NCBI GenBank assembly: GCA_023261845.1
Contig: JALNJZ010000005.1
Span: 1-64,000 of the forward strand
Reading direction: 5' to 3'
DNA length: 64,000 nucleotides
DNA from: Candidatus Terraquivivens tengchongensis
GTDB lineage: Archaea; Thermoproteota; Nitrososphaeria_A; Caldarchaeales; Wolframiiraptoraceae
In this document: in pieces, positions 1-8,932 of the stretch
Layout: each line of letters starts with the position of its first letter
Position numbering within the stretch: the first letter of the stretch is position 1
Translations under genes and position numbers: made by a program
Notes under the pieces: model-generated
Told to the model about the DNA's origin: nothing
Database searches by the model: none
What the model saw: the letters and a program-made list of their open reading frames with translations, nothing else

Positions 1-2
1 GT

Positions 3-167
3 GCTAAAGAGGTCGGTCCGTACAAGAACATAGTAGATCCTGTTGAGCACATATTCTACTCGATGAAGGCAGCGGACGAGATGGGCAAGAGGATTGCATC
101 GCAAGTACCGAGAGTTCCATACGAAGCTAAGTGGGTACCGTATGATGCCTTCATGAAGAAGCACTGA
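3..167 (+). CDS. 3' end of a CDS truncated by the window edge, product unknown
   Basis: Open frame AKEVGPYKNIVDPVEHIFYSMKAADEMGKRIASQVPRVPYEAKWVPYDAFMKKH ends in TGA at 165-167 and is followed by a T-rich tract. Confidence 0.6.
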   Translation, partial: AKEVGPYKNIVDPVEHIFYSMKAADEMGKRIASQVPRVPYEAKWVPYDAFMKKH

Positions 168-180
168 ATTTATAAAACCA

Positions 181-193
181 CCTTTTATTTTTG
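181..193 (+). terminator. Probable oligo-T archaeal terminator
   Basis: CCTTTTATTTTTG shortly after the stop at 167. Confidence 0.35.
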
Positions 194-207
194 TAGCTTA
201 GTATATT

Positions 208-221
208 TCAAAGGTATAAAA
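208..221 (+). promoter_or_regulatory. Putative BRE/TATA promoter of the herA operon
   Basis: TCAAAGGTATAAAA about 33-45 nt upstream of ATG 254. Confidence 0.4.
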
Positions 222-253
222 GACCCTTTAGTATACAAAATTATGCAGCACTC

Positions 254-1714
254 ATGAAGACTATAGGCATAGTGGCGAGTCACGCAACGGAATCCCACGT
301 AACCGTGATACTTAACGAGGGTATGGAAAAGGAGGTAGAAAGCGAAAGCCTAGTTTTAGTAGAGAACAGAAATGGTGGCAAGATACTCGCGGTATGCAGA
401 AGTGGTATAGGTATAAACGACGTACTGAGAGCGACAATGTATTCTCCTGGTGTTGCTTATGCGAAGACCGGAAGGCAACCGAGCACTGCAAAAGAATTTT
501 TTGGCTTCAATCTCGTGATAATCGGCGACGTATCAAAGGGAAAGATTGAGCAGAACAAGCGTATAATAGCACCAACATCGCCCGTAATGATCTTTGAGAA
601 ACATGATGATCCATTCTCTTATTTTGGTCCCCATAACTTAAAAATAGGGCACTATAAAGATGTAGTAAACTGGCAAGTGCCCGTACGTGAAGAATACATA
701 CCGTTCCACATAGGTGTCTTTGGTGTGACAGGTTCGGGGAAATCCTTCTTTTGTAGATACGAGTTGATTCCGTTGCTCAGGAAGGCTGGCTATGATGTAT
801 TAGTTTTCGATTGGAAAGGCTCGGATTATGCTCCTTATTTTAACGGGAGCATATCTATGCAAGACATAGAGATGGACGACGAGGCGATAATATCCTTCTT
901 ATGCTCAAAAGCAGGAAACTTCGGCTCTGGTAGAATAGCAGATAATATGAGGGCTTATCTCGAAGAGGCTCTTGTTGACAGTGAATGGAAGTCGCATCCT
1001 CCTGAAGAGGCGAAAGAATTACTTTATTCGAAGATGGCGAGAATAATAGAGGATGACAATAAGGATAAACAAGGTAACATCACACAATGGGGCAGGCTTT
1101 ATCTGCGTCGGCTGGAGAAAGGGTTCAAGCGAATTAGCATAGAAGACTTCGCAACTGTCCTTGGTAAGATGGGACCTGAGCAGATACTCGAAAAGCTGAG
1201 ACAGCAACATATACTTGTTGTAGACATGAGTCTCGGTAGCAAAGAGCAGAAGCTTTCGGTCTTTCTTTCGATTGTAAGGTACCTTAAGGACCTAATGGAG
1301 AAGAAGAACCGATTGAACATAGCCCTCCTCATAGACGAGGCCCCGCAATATTGTCCCTATTCACCGCGTGACATAGAGGAGGAGACGACTGAGACTATAA
1401 CCTCTTTATGTGCCCTTGGTAGGACTTATGGTCTTTCGATAATCCTTCTGTCTCAGGGCATCGCTGGCGAGATAGGAATAAACGCCGCCGTGAGGAGAAA
1501 TCTAAACACACAATTCATAGGTCGCATACATCCTCTAGACTTGGAAGAGGCGGCAAAGTTGTTTGCGATGTCCGGGGTCGATCCAGAAAACCTCCTAAGA
1601 CTTCCGGAGGGGTATTTCTATTTTGTAGGTAAGATGAACCCGTCACCCGTTCCACTGCTTCTAAGTTTCCAGATAAAGGAGGAGGAAAGGGTTGGGCGCT
1701 CAACCAGAGCTTGA
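254..1714 (+). CDS. herA: HerA/FtsK-family ATPase/helicase (HAS barrel plus DUF87-type ATPase)
   Basis: N-terminal beta-rich HAS-barrel-like region, Walker A GVTGSGKS, Walker B LLIDEA, GRTYG arginine motif, LSQ sensor; directly upstream of a NurA. Confidence 0.85.
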   Translation: MKTIGIVASHATESHVTVILNEGMEKEVESESLVLVENRNGGKILAVCRSGIGINDVLRATMYSPGVAYAKTGRQPSTAKEFFGFNLVIIGDVSKGKIEQNKRIIAPTSPVMIFEKHDDPFSYFGPHNLKIGHYKDVVNWQVPVREEYIPFHIGVFGVTGSGKSFFCRYELIPLLRKAGYDVLVFDWKGSDYAPYFNGSISMQDIEMDDEAIISFLCSKAGNFGSGRIADNMRAYLEEALVDSEWKSHPPEEAKELLYSKMARIIEDDNKDKQGNITQWGRLYLRRLEKGFKRISIEDFATVLGKMGPEQILEKLRQQHILVVDMSLGSKEQKLSVFLSIVRYLKDLMEKKNRLNIALLIDEAPQYCPYSPRDIEEETTETITSLCALGRTYGLSIILLSQGIAGEIGINAAVRRNLNTQFIGRIHPLDLEEAAKLFAMSGVDPENLLRLPEGYFYFVGKMNPSPVPLLLSFQIKEEERVGRSTRA

Positions 1715-2912
1715 TGGATATCCTGATTGGAGCAGGATGCCCAAAGTATTGCAAACCAGGTTTTTCGAATTGGCCGAGGCAGAGGCTCAAAAATTAATTC
1801 AGGCTAACATAATCAACGCAGACCTCATTAAGAAGCTAAAGAGTATGCTGAAGATAAGGAGGCTAGAAAGCTACGAAGGTTGGGAAGAGCTTCTAGTTGC
1901 TTGCGTCGATGGTTCTGATACACCTGTCTGTAACGAGCGCATAGGCTTACGATATGCTCTCTTTGCAAGCGCTTATAAATTATTCAAAGGCTTAGACGGG
2001 CTTGAAGAAGAATTTATTAGCGATTACTACAGCGATAGACAGATCATACCGCACGATAAATTTTCCAAGATTGTCGAACTTTTCATGACATATTACGAAA
2101 GGTTAATGGCTCAGCGAGTGTTGAAAAAATATTCACCGGACATATTGTTACTAGACGGTAGCTTTTTTGGTTACAGGACAAGATGTAGCGAGATTCTAGA
2201 TGAGGAAATTGACTGGATACCATTCGGCAAAGATACTGGGTTTAAGACAGGCAGAGAGCTAGTAAAAGAGGTAACTAAGCTAACTATTGAGTTAATAGAA
2301 TCTGGCAGAGCTTTGGGTGTAATAAAGAGAGTGAATACTGCTTCTATAGACGGCTGGTTTGCCTACAAAGACCCAACAAGTAAACCGATACATTTGAATG
2401 ATCGTACGCTTTTAAACATGATTATGGAAGCTCGTACGCTTTTTTCGTATGACGAGGCTTTTAGCGTAAATTTCAATATACTAAACTGGTATAGGAACGT
2501 GTCAAAGGAATCAAAGGGCAAAGACCCAGAAACCATTTTAAATGAGACTATAAGGAGGCTAGAGGTTCAGATCAAAGCAGACTTAGGCGACAAGTCTTAC
2601 TTGCAGTACATCATGGATATGAAGCGTTGTTATATTAAGACCATGGATGATTATCCACCAGTATGCGTCGAGTTTTGGAAAGGGAGCGATCCCGAGTGGG
2701 TTAAGAAGGCTTTATGGTACGTCTACGCATCAAGAGATCCCGCAACAGGTCTTCCGTTTCCGCTCGATATTGTTGACAGCCTTGTAAGCTTACCTAAGAG
2801 TGTTGCAAAAGAATTTGCTGAAGAGGTTGAAGCACGGCTTCTTAGGGTTGGCGTGGAACAAAGCGTACTTCTTACCCTGTTTAGTAGATTCAATCCCCAG
2901 AAGGAAGAGTAG
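1692..2912 (+). CDS. nurA: NurA-family nuclease
   Basis: VDGS, LLLDGS, GVIKR and GLPFPLDIVD motifs; TTG start with GGAGG upstream; overlaps herA. Confidence 0.85.
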   Translation: MGAQPELDGYPDWSRMPKVLQTRFFELAEAEAQKLIQANIINADLIKKLKSMLKIRRLESYEGWEELLVACVDGSDTPVCNERIGLRYALFASAYKLFKGLDGLEEEFISDYYSDRQIIPHDKFSKIVELFMTYYERLMAQRVLKKYSPDILLLDGSFFGYRTRCSEILDEEIDWIPFGKDTGFKTGRELVKEVTKLTIELIESGRALGVIKRVNTASIDGWFAYKDPTSKPIHLNDRTLLNMIMEARTLFSYDEAFSVNFNILNWYRNVSKESKGKDPETILNETIRRLEVQIKADLGDKSYLQYIMDMKRCYIKTMDDYPPVCVEFWKGSDPEWVKKALWYVYASRDPATGLPFPLDIVDSLVSLPKSVAKEFAEEVEARLLRVGVEQSVLLTLFSRFNPQKEE

Positions 2913-2917
2913 GCATA

Positions 2918-3640
2918 ATGCGAAATCCAGAGCTTTCCATAAACTACTTACTTAATATTTATCAAAGTAGACTGATGGGACTTTTACCGTCTTTCGACTG
3001 GCACCCATGCGATGCCCATTCGCCGAAATGGTGGGGAGGCTTAGAAGACCCAGAAGAAGTTGCCATAACGGCCGTGCTCGTCCAGCAGACGAGATGGGAG
3101 AACGTAAAGGAGGCGTACAAGAACTTAAGGGCAGCACGTCTAAACAGCTTTGCTGCCATCAAGGAATCTGACCTGAGTTCCATAAGAAAATGCATAAGGT
3201 CCGTCGGCATGCATTCTGAAAAATCTAAAAAGCTGAAAGAACTTGCCGATGCTGTTATCAGAGCTGGCGGTTGGAGGCATTTTATAAACAGAGACACGAA
3301 AGAAGTTAGGACAGAACTTTTAAGACTGAATGGTATAGGATATGAAACGGCGGACTCCATCCTACTATTTGCAGGCAACCATCTAATATTTCCAGCTTCA
3401 AGGCTAGTCACCAGAATTCTGGAACGCTTAGGCTTTAAAGTTCCCAAGAGTTACGAAGCTTTAAGGAAGTTTATCGAATCAGAATTGTCAAAGGATCTCT
3501 TCAGTTATAAGCTATTCTATGCATCTTCACTCGTCATAACGAAGGTTGCATGTCGCTCCTTAAAACCCGACTGTTTGAGATGTCCTATTAGCGATGCCTG
3601 CTATACATCCGCATACAGGCAAGCATCAAACATTCCTTAA
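2918..3640 (+). CDS. HhH-GPD endonuclease III-like protein (COG2231-like) with C-terminal [4Fe-4S] motif
   Basis: VLVQQTRWENV, HhH LNGIGYETADSILL, CX6CX2CX5C (CRSLKPDCLRCPISDAC). Confidence 0.85.
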   Translation: MRNPELSINYLLNIYQSRLMGLLPSFDWHPCDAHSPKWWGGLEDPEEVAITAVLVQQTRWENVKEAYKNLRAARLNSFAAIKESDLSSIRKCIRSVGMHSEKSKKLKELADAVIRAGGWRHFINRDTKEVRTELLRLNGIGYETADSILLFAGNHLIFPASRLVTRILERLGFKVPKSYEALRKFIESELSKDLFSYKLFYASSLVITKVACRSLKPDCLRCPISDACYTSAYRQASNIP

Positions 3641-4309
3641 CGATATCAAGTTTGGCGGCTTTTCTCTCAAAATGATGTAACCCGCTAAGTCAAAGAACCT
3701 ATCCGCCCTATGTATCACGACCGAGTCGCTCGTGATGACTATACGGTTATATCTAAGAAGCGCGGAATCAACGCTTTTCTCAGCCTCCACTAAGCCTTCC
3801 ACACGCTCTTCCTGTAGAATACGTCTCGTGAGGGTGGATATTTCGCCGCTCTTGCTTATCTGGCTTTCATAGTAAAAGGAGGCGGCCGCAACCTCGAGCT
3901 CCTTTAGGGTCCTGACACTCATCCTTATCAGCCCCTCAGTAATGCCCGTCGGTCTAAATTCTCCGTGAACTTCTGAGACATCCCTTACAACACCGTCGTC
4001 GCAAAGCACCAATAACTTACCGTTCATGAACGAGTGTAAAGTGTTCAATACGTTAAAACCATCTACTGCAACCTCGCTACCTTTCAACATCTCCGGGCTC
4101 ACGGCCTTTTCCTTTACTCTCTTAGCATCTTCTGAAGAATACACGCATCGGTATAGTATGCTTCTACCCATCTTATCGAGGACGTATTTGCTTGCTACGA
4201 AATTAGCAGCAGCTTCCCTTTTGTAGCCCCTGTCCAGCAGGTACCTCATATCTTCGACTGCCTTAACCAATTTATCCCAGACATTTTTTACCCATTGAAC
4301 ATCGTCCAT
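3626..4309 (-). CDS. DUF434-family protein (PIN/NYN-like fold)
   Basis: DMRYLLDRGY, VDGFNVL, DDGVVRD, SKSGE and ITSDS motifs. Confidence 0.8.
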   Translation of the reverse strand: MDDVQWVKNVWDKLVKAVEDMRYLLDRGYKREAAANFVASKYVLDKMGRSILYRCVYSSEDAKRVKEKAVSPEMLKGSEVAVDGFNVLNTLHSFMNGKLLVLCDDGVVRDVSEVHGEFRPTGITEGLIRMSVRTLKELEVAAASFYYESQISKSGEISTLTRRILQEERVEGLVEAEKSVDSALLRYNRIVITSDSVVIHRADRFFDLAGYIILREKPPNLISLRNV

Positions 4310-4327
4310 AAGGTCCGCCTATTTACC

Positions 4328-7222
4328 TTAGCGGTTCATTTCGACGAAGATCCCAGGCCTTAGCGGTAATGCTTGCTTAGATTTTCCTGATGGGTCGTAT
4401 ATGCCTTGCTCGTCTTCGATCCAGATGTAAAATGGACATCCGATCTCAGATTCCAAGAAACTTTTAGCTTCCTCGTATATTCCCTTCTCCTGTGAGGCCA
4501 ATTCTAGCAAAACCTTTTTCGGGGTTTCTGACGGGAACGTTGAAACGTGTTCTATGAGTTTCTTGACGAATGTTGGCATTTCTTTTTTCTTTTCTGGAAA
4601 ATTCTTCAAAGATTCTTTGATTGCCGCACTCGGGTTCCTCATAATCTCTTTCAAGTCAAAGTTCAGTATGATGGACAACACATCCAGCTTCCACTTAGAA
4701 GAGACGTATACATGGACTTTGCTTGGTTTTCCTCCTACAACTTCTACTATTTCCCTGATGTCCCTTAACAGCTTTGCTAGCAGGTCCTCTGCCGCCTCGG
4801 CTAGCTCGTCAACCTCTTCGACACGGTAATCGGGCCACTTAGCTAAGGATGCGAAACCTTCACGACCAAGCTTTGACCAAGCTTCCTCGGCTGTGAATGG
4901 TGCAAAAGGTGCCAGCAACCTTATCCACGTATCCAAGAACCTTAATGCTGAGCACGATAACTTCTTTCTCCTTCTCGCGTACCACTTCCAATCGTTGTAC
5001 ATACCGTACAAAGCCTCGTGGCAGGCCGTCCTAGTCTTTAGCGATTCCATGGCATCGGTTACACTCTTCACCCTCTTGAACATCCTGCTGATGAGCCACC
5101 TATCCAACCTATTCTCGTTGGTTTCCAGTTCTGAGGATGAAACTTCGTCAACTATCTTGAGGAGTAGGTCCAACATCCTTCTGACCTCCTGGGCATTCTT
5201 ATCTCTCCAATCAGGGTCGTCCATGTCCTCTGCAGCAAGTAGAAGTGTACACCTAGTTGCGTCAGCTCCATACTTCGCCAGAGCCGTCTTTATCGGTATC
5301 ATGTTGCCCTTGCTCTTACTCATCTTTTCGCCCTCGATGGTTATCATACCATTGACGCTAACGCATCTAGGCCAAAGGTTTTCATCGAAAAGCGCAACAT
5401 GTTGGAAAATGTAAAATGTCAGATGGTTGGGTACAAGCTCCTTGGCGGATATCCTGCAATCAACAGGATACCAGTAAAGGAATTCATCCCTCATATCTTT
5501 TAATACTTTCTCTGGAATGTTAGTTTTTTTCGAAATGGTTATCAAGTCTCCGACTCCTAAGAAAACGTAATCGAAAACTTCTGATGTAAGCTGTTCAGGC
5601 TTGACTGTTCCATTGTTCATGTACTTACTGATCGTGTATAATGCAGGGTATATTGTCGAATCGCTTAACGTTTCGACTATCCACGAGCTGTCCCATGGTA
5701 GCGGTGTCCCCAATCCCGTCTTCCTCGTACAAGCCCAATCGCGAAGCCAGTCCACGACATTTAGGAACCATTGTCTCGCTTCTTCAGGGAATATACCCAT
5801 CCTCATTATGTGTAGCTTCACTTTTTCCTTCCATTCGGGGTTGGAGTACGTAAGGAACCATTGGTCCTTCACAATCTTTACTAGACATTCAGTACCACAA
5901 CGACAAATGACTTTAGCAGAAAGATCGTACATCACGTCACCCAAACCTGTCGAGATGAGTCTTGTTTTGATAGCATCCCTTGCTACTCTTACGGGTAGAC
6001 CCGAATATTCACCGCAATTATCTTTCATGACACCTTCATGGAACTCTTTGGTGTAAATTTCCTTAGTCGCCTCATCCAACCTTTCATCATTTTGACTCGA
6101 TATTCCCATCCTTTTTACTATCTCGATTGCAGGAAAGTCACCGTATCCTGGCACACTTATTATTGATATTGGATTCAATACCCTAAGTAGTTCAGCATTC
6201 ATGTTTGCACTTCTTTGCAACTCTAGGAGTGCTACGTAATCATAGGGTGCATGGGCAGGAACACTATATACGACGCCAGATGCAACATCCGGGTCGACAA
6301 AGTTTGCAGGGAGTATAGGCAGCTCTACACCAGTAATTGGAGCTTTGCATTTTTTTCCTATAAGATCCTTAGCGTTGATCGATTTTATTATGTTGATTGC
6401 ATGCTTTTGCTCCAGCAACTTTTCTGCTGCCCTTTTGCTTACCAAAACTTTTTTGTCATCGTATTCAATCAGTACATATTCTGCATCTGGATTGAGCCAA
6501 ACGTTCGTAGCACCGAATATAGTTTCAGGCCTTAATGTACCAGCTGCTAGATAAAAATCATCGCACTTGAAGAATACAAGCGTATATTCTTCGGGGACTA
6601 TACCCTCACCAATTAGCCTATCGTGGTCGCCTGTTGCGCTTTGGCAATTGGGACACCATACTACAGGGTGCTCACCTTTGCTAACGAAACCCTTTTCACG
6701 TAACTTCAGGTACTGCCAATTGATGAACTTACTGTAGTAGGGATGTAAATTCGTCGTGTAGAACTCCCTTCTCCAATCAACGGAAAAACCCATAGCGTCA
6801 ACGACTTTTCTATTCTCAGTTGTGTAGTATTTGCAGATGAAGGCAGGATCCGTAAAACGCGGTATTAACTCTTCTGGAACTTTGTCAATGTCCCTCAACA
6901 GTCTCACTATGGCTGGGTCGCCACGTTTTAATCGTTCACTCGTACCAGCAACTGCTTCTCCTGTCCAGTGCCAAGACCAAGGAAAAAGCACATTAAAGCC
7001 CTGCATTCGTCTAAATCTTGTATAGCTATCACCACGTGTGAACGTGAAGGCATGTCCAAGGTGCAGTGGGCCGTTTTGATAAGAGTAAGGGACGCAGACA
7101 AAGAACTTTGGTTTACCCTTAATAGGGTCAGCCTCGAATACCTTAGCCTCTCGCCATAGCTTAGCCCATTTTGCTTCATACGCCACCGGACTATCTATAG
7201 AACCATTACCCGGTTTCGACAA
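4328..7222 (-). CDS. leuS: Leucine--tRNA ligase (archaeal type)
   Basis: HLGH and KMSKS motifs, TLRPET, CP1 editing motif SVPAHAPYD, C-terminal ALPLRPGI; TTG start. Confidence 0.97.
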   Translation of the reverse strand: MSKPGNGSIDSPVAYEAKWAKLWREAKVFEADPIKGKPKFFVCVPYSYQNGPLHLGHAFTFTRGDSYTRFRRMQGFNVLFPWSWHWTGEAVAGTSERLKRGDPAIVRLLRDIDKVPEELIPRFTDPAFICKYYTTENRKVVDAMGFSVDWRREFYTTNLHPYYSKFINWQYLKLREKGFVSKGEHPVVWCPNCQSATGDHDRLIGEGIVPEEYTLVFFKCDDFYLAAGTLRPETIFGATNVWLNPDAEYVLIEYDDKKVLVSKRAAEKLLEQKHAINIIKSINAKDLIGKKCKAPITGVELPILPANFVDPDVASGVVYSVPAHAPYDYVALLELQRSANMNAELLRVLNPISIISVPGYGDFPAIEIVKRMGISSQNDERLDEATKEIYTKEFHEGVMKDNCGEYSGLPVRVARDAIKTRLISTGLGDVMYDLSAKVICRCGTECLVKIVKDQWFLTYSNPEWKEKVKLHIMRMGIFPEEARQWFLNVVDWLRDWACTRKTGLGTPLPWDSSWIVETLSDSTIYPALYTISKYMNNGTVKPEQLTSEVFDYVFLGVGDLITISKKTNIPEKVLKDMRDEFLYWYPVDCRISAKELVPNHLTFYIFQHVALFDENLWPRCVSVNGMITIEGEKMSKSKGNMIPIKTALAKYGADATRCTLLLAAEDMDDPDWRDKNAQEVRRMLDLLLKIVDEVSSSELETNENRLDRWLISRMFKRVKSVTDAMESLKTRTACHEALYGMYNDWKWYARRRKKLSCSALRFLDTWIRLLAPFAPFTAEEAWSKLGREGFASLAKWPDYRVEEVDELAEAAEDLLAKLLRDIREIVEVVGGKPSKVHVYVSSKWKLDVLSIILNFDLKEIMRNPSAAIKESLKNFPEKKKEMPTFVKKLIEHVSTFPSETPKKVLLELASQEKGIYEEAKSFLESEIGCPFYIWIEDEQGIYDPSGKSKQALPLRPGIFVEMNR

Positions 7223-7382
7223 TGGTTAATCAACCCTCTGAATACTTTCCTGCAAAACTGTCCATCCAGTGTATTTTAACTTTTTATGCTTAATAGGATG
7301 GTAGAACTACAACCATTAGCGTTTTGAACGTTGTAAAAAAGGTTAAGTCTGGCCAGTCAACATGATATGTAATGACCCGTTC

Positions 7383-7471
7383 GGGCCCGTAGCCTAGAAT
7401 GGACAGGGCGTCGAATAACACGCGTATGCCTGCGGAGCCGGAGGTCGCGGGTTCAAGTCCCGCCGGGCCCA
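7383..7471 (+). tRNA. tRNA-Arg(GCG) with a 14-nt intron (7414-7427) at position 29/30
   Basis: Acceptor GGGCCCG/CGGGCCC, D arm GCCT/GGGC, T arm GCGGG-TTCAAGT-CCCGC; anticodon stem TCG|GC/GCCGG is restored by removing AATAACACGCGTAT; anticodon GCG at 7432-7434; CCA not encoded. Confidence 0.93.
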
Positions 7472-7522
7472 TCGATTCCCATCATGAAAGTAAAAATACC
7501 AGAACAAAAGTCGTATGAGTAA

Positions 7523-8074
7523 ATGGACATCATAACCGCATTCATCGTAGCTGTTGGCTTGGCTATGGACTGCTTTTTCGTTTCAATCGCAAGCGGGATG
7601 ACTGAGAGTGCGCGCATAAGCACGGCTTTCAAGGTAGGCATATCTTTTGGCTCGTTTCAGGCATTTATGCCTTTGCTGGGCTGGCTTTTAGGTAAAAGCT
7701 TGATAGATGTTGTCTCGGCTTTTGGCCACTGGTTGGCTTTTGGTCTCCTTAACTTTGTTGGTTGTAAGATGATATATGAATTTTTTCAGAAAGAGTGCAA
7801 AAGTATGACCCTAAACTTTCGAAACTTACTCATGCTTTCGATAGCTACGAGCATTGACGCATTTTCCGTCGGGATAGTTATTGGATTATTAACAACTTCA
7901 ATCATAATGCCCATACTCGTATTCGGTTTCGTGACGTTTGTTTTCTCATTTTTGGGCATACTCATTGGAGAAGAACTTAAACATATTTTTGGTAGAGTGA
8001 CACAAATTGTGGGAGGAATTATCCTAATACTCATCGGAATAGAAATACTACTAGAACACATGGTTTTTGTTTAA
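7523..8074 (+). CDS. mntP: Manganese efflux pump MntP family
   Basis: GLAMDCF, FQAFMPLLGW, IATSIDAFSVG, GGIILILIG; six hydrophobic segments. Confidence 0.9.
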   Translation: MDIITAFIVAVGLAMDCFFVSIASGMTESARISTAFKVGISFGSFQAFMPLLGWLLGKSLIDVVSAFGHWLAFGLLNFVGCKMIYEFFQKECKSMTLNFRNLLMLSIATSIDAFSVGIVIGLLTTSIIMPILVFGFVTFVFSFLGILIGEELKHIFGRVTQIVGGIILILIGIEILLEHMVFV

Positions 8075-8092
8075 CTTGTAAATAAAATGGAA

Positions 8093-8389
8093 TTAGCTGG
8101 AACTCGTTCTGAGTCTCCTTTCAACTTCTTCGGCAGTAATCTCCGCCATTATTTTAAAGAATGTAGCCATCATTCCGAGGAGGATAATGAAGTAACCTAT
8201 TATGAAAAATATAAGAAACGCTAAAGGATTAGCCATAATAGGTATAGGGACATCAAATGGTCCAGGTTGCACATTGAACCCTCCGACAACAAACCCAATG
8301 CTAAAGATCACAAAGCCTATTATTGCCCATATTATTATAAAACCAACGTATATTGATGCCTTCTTAAGAGCCGTAGACCATGAGACCAT
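8093..8389 (-). CDS. Small two-TM membrane protein of unknown function
   Basis: 98-aa ORF with two hydrophobic helices and charged C-terminus; TATA-like AAATATATAAAA upstream on the minus strand. Confidence 0.7.
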   Translation of the reverse strand: MVSWSTALKKASIYVGFIIIWAIIGFVIFSIGFVVGGFNVQPGPFDVPIPIMANPLAFLIFFIIGYFIILLGMMATFFKIMAEITAEEVERRLRTSSS

Positions 8390-8447
8390 ACATTTATGGT
8401 CTAACGTCTTTTTATATATTTCTATCGGGGGCTTATTACGCCAGGCG

Positions 8448-8831
8448 TTAGACTTGTTGACTTTTTAGATAAGATTCGATGCCTTTCCTTAACACTACAA
8501 GCGGCAACATAGCACACTTCATTTTTACAGGGCCGAGTTCTAGACCCAACATCTTCATTACGTCATTCTTTGTAAGCTTTAACACCTCTTCTACCTCTTT
8601 ATCCTTTACAAGCTCTGTTAGCATCGACGCTGAAGCTTGGCTTATCATGCACCCCTGACCTTTAAAAGATATAGCGGAAATCCTGTTCCCGTCAAATTTT
8701 AGGTAAATCTCCACATAATCGCCGCATAGCTTATTTGAATCCTTTACTATAACGTTTGCATCTTTTATTTCTCCGTAGTTCCTCGGCTTTCTATAATGGT
8801 CGAGGATATGTTTCGGGAAATCTTCTGGCAA
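8448..8831 (-). CDS. sufU: SufU/IscU-type Fe-S scaffold or sulfur-transfer protein
   Basis: ILDHYRKPRNYG, LCGD, GCMISQAS, KCAML. Confidence 0.9.
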   Translation of the reverse strand: MPEDFPKHILDHYRKPRNYGEIKDANVIVKDSNKLCGDYVEIYLKFDGNRISAISFKGQGCMISQASASMLTELVKDKEVEEVLKLTKNDVMKMLGLELGPVKMKCAMLPLVVLRKGIESYLKSQQV

Positions 8832-8932
8832 ATATGCTCCCTAAATACTAATTGTGTTTAGCTGTTTTATAAACATCCTCATAGGTCGAAAACTTAAAAG
8901 TGTAAGAGAAAGAAAGCGTCCTTCGGATAGAC

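Noticed and set aside
7290-7472. 60-aa minus-strand ORF (MGPAGLEPATSG...)
   Set aside because: It is the antisense reading of the tRNA-Arg gene
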